This document shows positions 55,115 through 63,965 of a stretch of 64,000 nucleotides of DNA, one piece after another. Where the stretch lies: NCBI GenBank assembly GCA_965224435.1, contig OZ245048.1:3914282-3978281 (forward strand). The letters run 5' to 3'. Below the pieces are notes generated by a model. It was not told the DNA's origin and searched no databases. It worked only from the letters and a program-made list of their open reading frames with translations. The translations under genes were made by a program, and so were the position numbers. This DNA comes from Acidimicrobiales bacterium. GTDB lineage: Bacteria; Actinomycetota; Acidimicrobiia; Acidimicrobiales; SZUA-35. The number at the start of each line of letters is the position of its first letter. Positions within the stretch are counted from its first letter, which is position 1.

Positions 55115-56893
55115 ATGAAACAGCTCACCGGACTCGACCTCAGCTTCCTTCTGATGGACACCGATCACACTTACGGCCATGTCAATGGCCTGAGCATCTA
55201 TGACCGTCCGTCAGCAGACTTTGACCCTTTCACCGCAGTTCGTGAGCGGATGGAAATCATGGTCAGTCACCTGGAACCACTGCGTCGCAAGGTGGTCGAG
55301 GTTCCGCTTGCTCTTGATCGCCCCTATTGGATCGAAGATGCTGACTTTGACCTTGACTACCACGTGCGCCACATTGGTGTAGCCCCACCTGGAGCCGCTG
55401 ATCAGCTAGCTGAACAAGTAGCCCGAATTGTTGGCCGCAAGATGGATCGGGCCCGTCCCTTGTGGGAGGCATACGTTATTGAGGGTCTGGCTGACGGCCG
55501 TTGGGCTCTGTTGCAAAAGACTCATCACGCCACCATTGATGGGGCGTCTGGTGTGATCATGCTCAAGCTTTTTACTGACGAGGCGCGCGATAGCAAGAGT
55601 AGTTTCGATGCTCTGGATTGGACGGGCGAAGAACCACCCACTGATTCGTACATGCTTCAGCGGGCAGCCAAGAACATTGCCGTCAATCCCGTGCGAGGGG
55701 CTCGTCTTGGTCTCAAAATCATGCGCGACTTGGCCGAGTCCGCAGGCTTGAGCGACCTCAGTTCTGTGGCCAGCCAGACTCGCGATGCATTGGGCTCGCT
55801 CACCCATCGTCCCGACTCCCAATCCGAAGCCCGATCCAGAGTGAGCCTGCCGATCACACCTGCGCCTCCGACTCCTTGGAACAAGTCGGTCAGTCCACAT
55901 CGACGCTTTGCCATGCGCTCGACGTCCCTTTCCAACTTGAAGCAGCTAAAGAACGCAACCGGTGGCACCCTCAACGATGTTGTCATGGCCGTCTGCGCCG
56001 GTGCGCTTCGTCAATACTTGATCGAGCATGACGCCCTTCCCGATGCCCCGTTGCGGGCCATGGTTCCTGTTTCGATTCGTACTGGCAAGGAGAAGGACCC
56101 GTGGACGAATCGGGTCTCGGCCCTGGTGGCCGAACTGCCGACCGATTGTGATGATCCGATCGAGCGAGTCACCCTGTGCCGCGAAGCCATGGTCGCTGGC
56201 AAGAACCAATTCGATCTGATCCCGGCCGAGGCTCTCGGCCAGTCGGTCGACTACGCATCTCCGGTGGTGGCTACCGCCGCCATCAGGCTGGTATCGCAAC
56301 TGAAGCTGGCTGATCGGGTGAACTCCCCCATCAATGTGGTGATCTCCAATGTTCCCGGGCCACGAGAGCCTCTCTATTTTGCTGGGGCCAAGCTGGACGC
56401 GTACATACCCGTGTCGACCATCTCCGACGGAGTTGGACTGAACATCACGGTTCACAGCTACGGCGACCGGATGGACTTCGGTTTGATCTCCGACCGAGAC
56501 CTCGTCCCTGATTTGTGGCACCTCGCTGACCTGCACATCGCCGAAGTTGAACGCCTCTTCGAGGCCACGGGTGCGGAATGGGCCGTGCCACAGCCCCCAC
56601 CCCCCATGCGCAAGGGCGGCGATGGGGTCGAACCCGTTGCTCCCAGTAGCGACGAGGTCAAGGATCGAATCAAGGCAAGGCACTCGATTGCCGAGGCGCC
56701 CTCGGTCCGGGCCACGAAGGCGACAAAGAAGAAGACAAGTCGGACCAAGGCAGATCCCAAGAAAGCGACTCTGAAGAAGGCGGCATCAAAGAAGAAGCCT
56801 GGGCCAAAGAAGTCGACACCAAAGACGAAGGCCAAGAAGGCTGCCGCCGTCGCCAAGCCGCGACCGTCAAGGAAAAGAACGAGGAAAGCATGA
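55115..56893 (+). CDS. Wax ester synthase/diacylglycerol acyltransferase (WS/DGAT) with Lys/Ala/Pro-rich basic C-terminal tail
   Basis: HHATIDGASG (HHxxxDG) active site, and NVPGP in the C-terminal domain. The last 60 aa or so are KKxxxK repeats. Confidence 0.85.
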   Translation: MKQLTGLDLSFLLMDTDHTYGHVNGLSIYDRPSADFDPFTAVRERMEIMVSHLEPLRRKVVEVPLALDRPYWIEDADFDLDYHVRHIGVAPPGAADQLAEQVARIVGRKMDRARPLWEAYVIEGLADGRWALLQKTHHATIDGASGVIMLKLFTDEARDSKSSFDALDWTGEEPPTDSYMLQRAAKNIAVNPVRGARLGLKIMRDLAESAGLSDLSSVASQTRDALGSLTHRPDSQSEARSRVSLPITPAPPTPWNKSVSPHRRFAMRSTSLSNLKQLKNATGGTLNDVVMAVCAGALRQYLIEHDALPDAPLRAMVPVSIRTGKEKDPWTNRVSALVAELPTDCDDPIERVTLCREAMVAGKNQFDLIPAEALGQSVDYASPVVATAAIRLVSQLKLADRVNSPINVVISNVPGPREPLYFAGAKLDAYIPVSTISDGVGLNITVHSYGDRMDFGLISDRDLVPDLWHLADLHIAEVERLFEATGAEWAVPQPPPPMRKGGDGVEPVAPSSDEVKDRIKARHSIAEAPSVRATKATKKKTSRTKADPKKATLKKAASKKKPGPKKSTPKTKAKKAAAVAKPRPSRKRTRKA

Positions 56894-57696
56894 GCAACAC
56901 CATCGAAGCGCCGCCTCTTTGGATGATGGCTTTGGAATCACGAGCACCGTTGGAGCGCGCCGCAATGGCATTAGCTTCCCCGTTTCGCCGCTTGTTGCCC
57001 AAGGGTGATGGCCATCACGTCATCGTCCTCCCCGGATTTACCGCCGATGACCGATCGACCCGGCCACTGCGCGAATTGTTGAACAGCATCGGCTACCAAA
57101 GCCACGGTTGGAACCTTGGTGCCAACTTGGGCCCTACCGAAACGGTCTTAGCCGGGATAGTTGACCTTCTGGAAAGTGTGCACGCTCAATCACAGGAAGA
57201 TGGACTGGGGACCGTCTCGATTATCGGCTGGAGTCTCGGCGGGCTCTACGCCCGTGAGTTGGCTCGGGTCGTGCCGGAGCAGATACGCCAAGTCATCACT
57301 CTCGGCACACCGATCCAGATGGTCGAAGAAGATTCATCCTCCGCCCAGGGCCTCTGGGATGCGCTCAAACACCTTCACGACCCCAGTTTCAAACGCGACA
57401 CAAGGGCCGCTCATCGGCCCTTGCTCGAAGTCCCGGCGAGCTCCATCTACTCTCGCACCGATGGTGTCGTGCATTGGCATATGTCCCTCATTCGAGAGAC
57501 TGACCACAGTGAGAACATCCGGGTATACGGCAGCCATTGCGGGCTCGGCTTCAACAATTCGGCCATCTTCGCCATGGCCGACCGCCTAGCTCAATCCGCA
57601 GATGAGTGGGAGCCCTTTCGAGTCCCGCTCCTCCTGCGAGGGTATTACCCGCGGTCCCATGGATTCGACCTCGATCGACTTCCACTCATCGCCTGA
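56890..57696 (+). CDS. Alpha/beta hydrolase (lipase/esterase-like)
   Basis: Nucleophile elbow GWSLGG. ATGA overlap with the WS/DGAT gene. Confidence 0.7.
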   Translation: MSNTIEAPPLWMMALESRAPLERAAMALASPFRRLLPKGDGHHVIVLPGFTADDRSTRPLRELLNSIGYQSHGWNLGANLGPTETVLAGIVDLLESVHAQSQEDGLGTVSIIGWSLGGLYARELARVVPEQIRQVITLGTPIQMVEEDSSSAQGLWDALKHLHDPSFKRDTRAAHRPLLEVPASSIYSRTDGVVHWHMSLIRETDHSENIRVYGSHCGLGFNNSAIFAMADRLAQSADEWEPFRVPLLLRGYYPRSHGFDLDRLPLIA

Positions 57697-57719
57697 TACC
57701 TTCTGGGAATGCTCGGCCG

Positions 57720-58175
57720 CTAGCGACCGAGGGACCGTAGCTGGGTGATCCGGTCCGGACCCCCGGGCAGTTTCGATGCCAGTGAACTGGATGGCTCGAC
57801 CACCTTCCAGAAGGGAATGACCTCACCGCCAGCGTCCGTGGCCAACGCGGGGTCATGCCCGGCGTCAATGGCTTCCAGACCCAAGTCGGCGACAATCCGC
57901 AGATTCATGCCCGTCATCACTGGGCATGCCCCATCTGCGCCATGTTGTTGAGCCAGACGTTGGCGAAGCTCAGTCAGTGTCAAGGACTCAGCCGCGGCTA
58001 GGTCATCGATCACTTCCTCGATGTCTTTGGGACTGGGAATGAGAACAGAAGTGCCGGCTTCCAAGTCAGCAAATCGTTTCTCGTTCACCTTGGTGTAGCT
58101 GGGCCGAGCCGAGTCGTACCGTTCCTGAGGACTGCGAGTTTTCCGCGGCTTGCGCTTTGCGCTGGACGGGCTCAT
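57720..58175 (-). CDS. Small basic protein, possibly MGMT/alkyltransferase-like DNA-binding fold
   Basis: ATG 58175 overlaps the merR-like stop (ATGA). Basic N-terminus KRKPRKTR. IPFWKVV loosely resembles the PCHRV/PWHRV segment. The assignment is weak. Confidence 0.3.
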   Translation of the reverse strand: MSPSSAKRKPRKTRSPQERYDSARPSYTKVNEKRFADLEAGTSVLIPSPKDIEEVIDDLAAAESLTLTELRQRLAQQHGADGACPVMTGMNLRIVADLGLEAIDAGHDPALATDAGGEVIPFWKVVEPSSSLASKLPGGPDRITQLRSLGR

Positions 58176-59020
58176 GATGCTTCGCCGACAGCATCGATTG
58201 GCCACTGGATCTCAGTCAGGAGATCCTCCTCGGCTACATCATCGGGATTGTTCATATAGATCTCCCGGCCCGGCCCCGTCGGTGTATGGCCATGCTCATG
58301 AATCCAGGCAGCAACAGAAGCGTAGGTATCTCCCATCGATGCATAGGAGCCACGGTGGATAATGGAAGCGACCGCTCCCCCCTCCACGGTCAGGACTTCA
58401 ATCTGATCGGCCGCTGCCTGATCGGCAAGATCATCAAGCGAACCGATCACCGGCACGACCATGGCAACATCACCATCAGCGTCGGCTTCGGGAGCTTGGT
58501 GAAAGATGACAAACGGTGCGCCTGCTGGGTCAACGTCGTTGGCGCCAAGGAAGCCAAGGACCCGGCCAAATCCGGCAGGGATATTGGTGAATACATCGGT
58601 ATAGCTGGTGACGGTTCGATAACTGGCAACCTGTTGGGCCTCAACGAACTTCACGGTCACGGTCACGGTATTGGACATGGTGATCTCCTTCCGAGATCGA
58701 AGGTCTCGCAATTCGCGGACCTTCTTGTCGTAGTCGTCTCGCTGGCGAACAAGCTCAGCGAGGTGTGACTCCAACAAGCCATCGGAATCTCCGCCATCAA
58801 CAATGTCGGCGATCTGGATGAGTGGCATGTCCAGAATCCGAAGTGAGCGAATCACTTGGGCTCTGGCCAGCTGCTCAACCCGGTAGTACCGGTAGCCGGA
58901 CTGGGGATCGATGAATGCGGCTGACAACAGACCGGATTGGTCATAGTTGCGCAGCGACTTCACCGAAAGCCGTGAGGCAGTGGCGAATCGTCCGATTGGC
59001 ATGAGGGTCACGGAGACCAT
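58172..59020 (-). CDS. MerR family transcriptional regulator with GyrI-like effector-binding domain
   Basis: MPIGRFATASRLSVKSLRNYDQSGLL HTH, a coiled-coil linker, and a C-terminal GyrI-like domain. Start at 59020 or 59002. Confidence 0.8.
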   Translation of the reverse strand: MVSVTLMPIGRFATASRLSVKSLRNYDQSGLLSAAFIDPQSGYRYYRVEQLARAQVIRSLRILDMPLIQIADIVDGGDSDGLLESHLAELVRQRDDYDKKVRELRDLRSRKEITMSNTVTVTVKFVEAQQVASYRTVTSYTDVFTNIPAGFGRVLGFLGANDVDPAGAPFVIFHQAPEADADGDVAMVVPVIGSLDDLADQAAADQIEVLTVEGGAVASIIHRGSYASMGDTYASVAAWIHEHGHTPTGPGREIYMNNPDDVAEEDLLTEIQWPIDAVGEAS

Positions 59021-59145
59021 GTTCGAACCTCCTCCTAGGGGAGAGTCAACAGCCTGCCAGAAATAGTTCGCCAAGGAGTCCAAACTCGTCCCTTTGGCAA
59101 GTTCCAGCTTGCACCCGGAGACTCAAGGCCACCACACTTGTCTCC

Positions 59146-59511
59146 ATGACCATCACCCATGAAGAGGCCACAAGCTGGCTTGCCCGCCACGACGCCGCGT
59201 TTAGAGCTGCTGACATGGATGACATCATCAATGACTATGCCGAGGACGCAATTCTCGAGGTGCACACCGAAGGAGTCATTCTGAGGTTCTCTGGACATGA
59301 GGAGATTCTCGCCGCGCTGATGTCCAGCAATGCACTGGGGATCGAGACGAAGGCGGAGAGGGTCATGATTGACGGAAACAAGATCTTCATGCAGGTTGTC
59401 GACCCCAACGGCTACACCCTCGTGGCCTCAGTCTGGGAGGTCGAGGGTGGCAAGATCACACATGACCTTGCCGTGATACCCGTTGCTCCGGCCAAAACAA
59501 CGGAGTCGTAG
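59146..59511 (+). CDS. SnoaL-like / NTF2-fold protein
   Basis: 121 aa. The WLARHDAAFRAADMDDIINDYAEDAILEV pattern is typical of the SnoaL_2 family. Confidence 0.65.
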   Translation: MTITHEEATSWLARHDAAFRAADMDDIINDYAEDAILEVHTEGVILRFSGHEEILAALMSSNALGIETKAERVMIDGNKIFMQVVDPNGYTLVASVWEVEGGKITHDLAVIPVAPAKTTES

Positions 59512-59526
59512 GGGCCGCCTGACGGG

Positions 59527-60318
59527 CTAGGCGACCGATTGGAAAAAGTCTCGCAAGGCATCGTTGACGATTCCAGGATCACTCATATTCGGCGCGTGGG
59601 CTGCACCAGGCACGATGACAACTCCTCGGGAGTCCTGCACGGCATCGGCAACCGCTTGAGATCGTGCAGGCACAATCGCCTGATCAGCGCTGCCATGAAT
59701 GACCAGCAACGGACAACGAATCTCGCTCATTCGGTCACTGACATCATCACGGCCAAGCAGGGCCGCAGCGGTAATGTCCAGTTCGGATGAGCCACGACGG
59801 GCCCGCCATTTCGGAACCCAGTCAGCAATCAGTTCAGGTGTGCCGAGAATCAGTCCGGCCACGCCTTCGGCGGTTGCTTCCCAGACCGCATCGTCATCGC
59901 CGGTCAGAGCAGCGATCATGCCCTCGTAGCCAGCCAGGGTCTCTGCGTCGTCAGCATCAGCGGCGGAGTCGATCAACACGATGCCAGCAACCCGCTCCGG
60001 ATGTGCAAGAGCCGCACGCAGAGACAAGAACCCACCCTGGCTCATGCCAACAAGAACGGCCTTGTCAACTCCACAGTGGTCAAGAAGAGCAATGGCGTCA
60101 TTGGCTGAGTCCCAATAGGTAAAGGAGCCACCAGCCTTGGTGTCGCCGAATCCTCGTTCATCCCAGGCAATACAGCGATAGTCCTCAGACAGGGCAGCAA
60201 CCTGCTGGTCGAACATGGTGTGATCCATCATGAAACCGTGGCTGAACAAGACAACGGGCTTGTCGCCACCACTGTCGTTGTAGTTGATGGAGATGCCGTT
60301 GATGTCTGCTGTAGCCAT
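59527..60318 (-). CDS. Alpha/beta hydrolase
   Basis: VVLFSHGF oxyanion region, GMSQGG nucleophile elbow, and C-terminal GAAHAPN His motif. Confidence 0.85.
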   Translation of the reverse strand: MATADINGISINYNDSGGDKPVVLFSHGFMMDHTMFDQQVAALSEDYRCIAWDERGFGDTKAGGSFTYWDSANDAIALLDHCGVDKAVLVGMSQGGFLSLRAALAHPERVAGIVLIDSAADADDAETLAGYEGMIAALTGDDDAVWEATAEGVAGLILGTPELIADWVPKWRARRGSSELDITAAALLGRDDVSDRMSEIRCPLLVIHGSADQAIVPARSQAVADAVQDSRGVVIVPGAAHAPNMSDPGIVNDALRDFFQSVA

Positions 60319-60327
60319 TGGCCGATA

Positions 60328-60945
60328 CTAGACCCGACGCAACACGCGGAGCGAGCCAGTGCCTGAAACCTCTTCGAATCGGCCACCGGCGAGGGCAGGC
60401 AGATAGATCTGTTCATACGGCGGTCGGCCACCATCGTCAGGGTTGGGGAACACGTCGTGAATGACAAGCAGTCCACCAACCTGGACGTGGGGTGTCCAAA
60501 GAGAGAAGTCCAGGGCTGCTGGTTCTTCGCCGTGCCCGCCGTCAATAAACAGCAAAGTCAGCGGTGTTGTCCAAGCCTTGGCCACGAAGGCCGATTGGCC
60601 GACGACGGCTACCACGACGTCTTCCAGCCCGGCGTCATGCACGGTTTTGCGGAAAATCGGAAGCGTGTCCATCTTGCCGACTGCTGGGTCGACCAGATCG
60701 GGTTCGTGCCATTCCCAGCCAACCTGGTTCTCCTCCGAACCACGATGGTGATCAACGCAAAAGAATGGCGTGCCTTGTTCAAGAGCCACTATTCCGAGAT
60801 AGCAAGCGGATTTGCCGCAATAGCTTCCGACTTCGAGCATCGGCCCAGTCGGCGAATCCACGGCAGCTTGATAGAGGGCGATTCCCTCATCAGGAGGCAT
60901 GAACCCGCGAGCGGCTTCGGCGTAGGCCTGTTGCTCTGGCGTCAC
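60328..60945 (-). CDS. Class I SAM-dependent methyltransferase (Methyltransf_24-like)
   Basis: MLEVGSYCGKSACYLG and LLFIDGGHGEE motifs. Confidence 0.7.
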   Translation of the reverse strand: MTPEQQAYAEAARGFMPPDEGIALYQAAVDSPTGPMLEVGSYCGKSACYLGIVALEQGTPFFCVDHHRGSEENQVGWEWHEPDLVDPAVGKMDTLPIFRKTVHDAGLEDVVVAVVGQSAFVAKAWTTPLTLLFIDGGHGEEPAALDFSLWTPHVQVGGLLVIHDVFPNPDDGGRPPYEQIYLPALAGGRFEEVSGTGSLRVLRRV

Positions 60946-61448
60946 CGTTTCGTCTCCCGCGATGATTCGCCGGCAAGAGTGGCCCGTTCCCGGGTCAGTG
61001 TGTCCGCACCGCGCCGAAGATCGTCGTCAAGGAAGAGCCGGTCCAGGATGAAAAACTTGGCTATCCAGACCAGGAAATAGCCGAACAAGCTAGCCAGATT
61101 TACAGCGATACCCGCACCGACCACACGATCGGCGATCTCAGCGAACACGGTCGAGACTCCCATCCCAATAAACGCAATGACCCAGAACGGCATCACTTCG
61201 GTGCGCCAATTGTGTTTGCCCGACACTTCCCACACCCAAGCGCGACTCAGAAGATAGGCGGGTATTGCCGCCAAACCCGCGGCGAACACGTTGGCCCAGC
61301 CGCCAGTCCAGTCCCAAATACTGTTGGCCAGAGTCAGCAAACCCTGATGGTTCATGGTGTTGATCAACGACACCGCGATGTATCGCGTCGCGACCTTGCC
61401 ACGGCCATTCCACATATCTGAGAGGCGATTCACCATTTGCAGAGCCAC
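60942..61448 (-). CDS. GtrA family membrane protein
   Basis: 4 TM helices, about 165 aa, and a C-terminal KFFILDRLFL motif typical of GtrA-like proteins. Confidence 0.65.
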   Translation of the reverse strand: MALQMVNRLSDMWNGRGKVATRYIAVSLINTMNHQGLLTLANSIWDWTGGWANVFAAGLAAIPAYLLSRAWVWEVSGKHNWRTEVMPFWVIAFIGMGVSTVFAEIADRVVGAGIAVNLASLFGYFLVWIAKFFILDRLFLDDDLRRGADTLTRERATLAGESSRETKR

Positions 61449-61508
61449 GGCGAGATGCTATCTGTCACGTGACACCACCAGAGGTTGCTGAGCCGCCACA
61501 CTGTGGGC

Positions 61509-62369
61509 ATGACCCAGGCGGTAGTGGACGACCTGATCCAACTTCTTGACCTCGAGCAAATCGAGGAGAACATCTTTCGCGGCCAGACGGCCGACGAGAC
61601 CTTGCAACGCGTCTTCGGTGGCCAGGTCGCTGGCCAGGCCCTCGTTGCTGCTTATCGAACCATTGACGGATGGGGTGTTCATTCGCTCCACTCGTACTTC
61701 TTGCGCCCCGGTGATGCGTCAATCCCCATCATCTACCAGGTGGAGCGCATCCGCGATGGTCGATCCTTCGCCACCCGACGAGTGGTGGCCATTCAGCATG
61801 GTCGGCCAATCTTCCACCTCACGGCCTCATTTCACGTGCAAGAGGATGGTTTCGAGCATCACCTCCCAATGCCGACTGACGTTCCTGACCCGGAATCTCT
61901 TCCCGACTTCCGCACTCGCTACGCCAAGGTTTTGCCCAAGGCTTACCTCGATCGGCCGCGTCCAATCGATATCCGAGTGGTTCCCCAAGCAGGAATCGCC
62001 GCCGAGTCGAATCCAGACACAGACCCGGCCACGATGAACCAGTTCGTCTGGGTCAAGGCTTCGGGCGATGTGCCCGAGGACCCAGTACTGGATGCTTGCA
62101 TCCTGACCTATGCCTCGGACATGACCTTGTTGGACAGCGTTAACCGACCCCACGGCGTTTCGGTTTTCGAGCCAGATCTCATGATGGCCAGCCTGGATCA
62201 CGCCATGTGGTTCCACCGCCCATTTCGCACCGACCAGTGGCTGCTCTACGCACAGGACACCCCCTCGGCCAGTGGTGCTCGAGGACTCGCACGAGGCCTG
62301 ATCTTCCAAGATGACAAGCTCGTTGTCTCGGTGGTACAAGAAGGCCTGATCCGGAGAAAAACCAAATGA
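61509..62369 (+). CDS. tesB: Acyl-CoA thioesterase II
   Basis: LLDLEQIEENIFRG, FGGQVAGQAL, and VHSLHSYFLRPGD...RDGRSF double hot-dog signature. Confidence 0.9.
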   Translation: MTQAVVDDLIQLLDLEQIEENIFRGQTADETLQRVFGGQVAGQALVAAYRTIDGWGVHSLHSYFLRPGDASIPIIYQVERIRDGRSFATRRVVAIQHGRPIFHLTASFHVQEDGFEHHLPMPTDVPDPESLPDFRTRYAKVLPKAYLDRPRPIDIRVVPQAGIAAESNPDTDPATMNQFVWVKASGDVPEDPVLDACILTYASDMTLLDSVNRPHGVSVFEPDLMMASLDHAMWFHRPFRTDQWLLYAQDTPSASGARGLARGLIFQDDKLVVSVVQEGLIRRKTK

Positions 62370-63688
62370 CCCCTCGCCTCCTACTCTCCCTCATGGTGGC
62401 CACCAGCCTCTTCGCGGCCAGTTGCTCAGGCTCCAGCACTGACGCTGGCCCGGCCACGTCATCAGAACCCACATCGGTTCCCGGCGATGACAGCGATGAA
62501 GAGGGTGAAGGCGTGAGCGAGCCGGAAGACTCGCCACCGCCAACCAACCCTGAGGTACCCGAGATCGAAAAGCCGGACTGGATGGACCTTCACCTCGTCT
62601 TGACACCAATCGCCGAACTGGTGGAGCCAATCGCCTTCACCCCGCGTCCGGGAACAATCAATCTCTATGTCGGTGAGCGAGCAGGCATCGTCCGCCTGAT
62701 CGAGCGCGTCTTCAAGAAAAGCGGTGCGGAGAAGATCTCGCTTTCCTCGCGACCAGTTCTCGACATTACTGAGACGGTTTCGGTTGCGGGTGAAGGTGGC
62801 TTGCTCGGCCTGGCCTTCTCGACTGATGGCCGCTTCATGTTCGTCTCCTACACCGATCTTGGCGGTGACCTCGTTGTTGATGAGTACCTGGTCGGCCGAG
62901 GCACACGGGCGGAACCGGAGACCAGGCGAGAGCTCCTGCGAGTTCCTCAACCATTCGACAACCACAATGGCGGGCAACTGGCCCTCGGCGCCGATGGGTT
63001 CCTCTACATCGGCATTGGTGATGGCGGTGGCTCCTATGATCCAGAAAGCAACGGTCAAGATCCACAGACCCTGCTAGGAACCGTCGTCCGGATCGACACC
63101 TTCACTGCTGGGGACGAGACCTACGCCATTCCCGCTGGCAATCCCTTCTTTGACCAGGATGGCGGGGCACCAGAGGTCTTCTTGTGGGGTGTACGCAATC
63201 CGTGGCGCTTCTCCTTTGATCAGGAGACCGGCGACCTCTGGCTGCCAGACATTGGCCAGGACACTACTGAGGAAATCAACTTCTTACCAGCCGCCACTGG
63301 CGGGGGCAGGGGCGTGAACCTGGGCTGGGGCACGGTCGAAGGCCACCTTCCCCTTGATGGAGCAGCCGCGCCGTCAGATCACCATTCGCCGATTCACACC
63401 TACCCCCACGAAGATGGTCGCTGCTCAATCACTGGCGGGTTCGTCTACCGTGGGGAGCTCATGCCTGGTCTCGATGGGGCCTACATCTTCGGCGACTACT
63501 GCTCCGGAGAAATTTTCGGTCTCCACCAGGTTGATGGGGTCGCCAACGCCTGGCCGCTGTCCGTCTCTTCGCCAGGCAATCAGTTGGTTTCCTTTGGTCA
63601 GACTCTCGACGGTGAAATCTATGTGTTGCAGCTGGACGGCCAGCTACTGCGCATCGAGCAAGCGCCCGAAGAACGAGAAGACTCCTAA
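62366..63688 (+). CDS. PQQ-dependent (soluble glucose/sorbosone dehydrogenase-like) sugar dehydrogenase, probable lipoprotein
   Basis: Lipobox-like LFAASC. HNGGQLALGADGFLYIGIGDGGG and WGVRNPWRFSFD beta-propeller motifs. ATGA overlap with tesB. Confidence 0.8.
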   Translation: MTPRLLLSLMVATSLFAASCSGSSTDAGPATSSEPTSVPGDDSDEEGEGVSEPEDSPPPTNPEVPEIEKPDWMDLHLVLTPIAELVEPIAFTPRPGTINLYVGERAGIVRLIERVFKKSGAEKISLSSRPVLDITETVSVAGEGGLLGLAFSTDGRFMFVSYTDLGGDLVVDEYLVGRGTRAEPETRRELLRVPQPFDNHNGGQLALGADGFLYIGIGDGGGSYDPESNGQDPQTLLGTVVRIDTFTAGDETYAIPAGNPFFDQDGGAPEVFLWGVRNPWRFSFDQETGDLWLPDIGQDTTEEINFLPAATGGGRGVNLGWGTVEGHLPLDGAAAPSDHHSPIHTYPHEDGRCSITGGFVYRGELMPGLDGAYIFGDYCSGEIFGLHQVDGVANAWPLSVSSPGNQLVSFGQTLDGEIYVLQLDGQLLRIEQAPEEREDS

Positions 63689-63748
63689 CCGTTCTGAATC
63701 AAGCGGCCCGGGCCTCACAAGACCTTGCCTTCAAACAAGGCGTGGTTC

Positions 63749-63764
63749 TCGAACATATGTTCGA
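63749..63764. promoter_or_regulatory. LexA (SOS) box, actinobacterial/Cheo type
   Basis: Perfect 16-bp palindrome TCGAACATATGTTCGA, matching TCGAAC-N4-GTTCGA. It lies 12 nt upstream of the ATG at 63777 and is followed by a TACCGT (TANNNT) -10-like hexamer. Confidence 0.7.
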
Positions 63765-63776
63765 TACCGTGTTTAG

Positions 63777-63965
63777 ATGGAACACACCGAAACTGCCAAC
63801 CCGACGCCGGCCAGCCCACCCATTCAGTCGACCGAGCATTGGGAACAAATCCGTCGTTCGGTAGCGATGCTGCCGACTGGCTCCTGGGCTCTCAAACGTG
63901 AGCAGGCCCTGGAAGCCCTCAGCACGCTGATCGCATCACTGCGCGCGGGATCATCTGCTTCCTAG
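63777..63965 (+). CDS. Small hypothetical protein (62 aa), candidate SOS-regulated, possibly leaderless
   Basis: Only ORF downstream of the LexA box in the right orientation. No SD sequence. I recognise no motif. Confidence 0.4.
   Translation: MEHTETANPTPASPPIQSTEHWEQIRRSVAMLPTGSWALKREQALEALSTLIASLRAGSSAS

Noticed and set aside
59021-59145. Imperfect inverted repeats (GCCAAGG...CCTTTGGC and GCAAG-N6-CTTGC) in the merR-snoaL divergent region as a MerR operator.
   Set aside because: The arms are short and imperfect, and I could not place them in a convincing 19-bp-spacer promoter. This is too weak to report as a feature.
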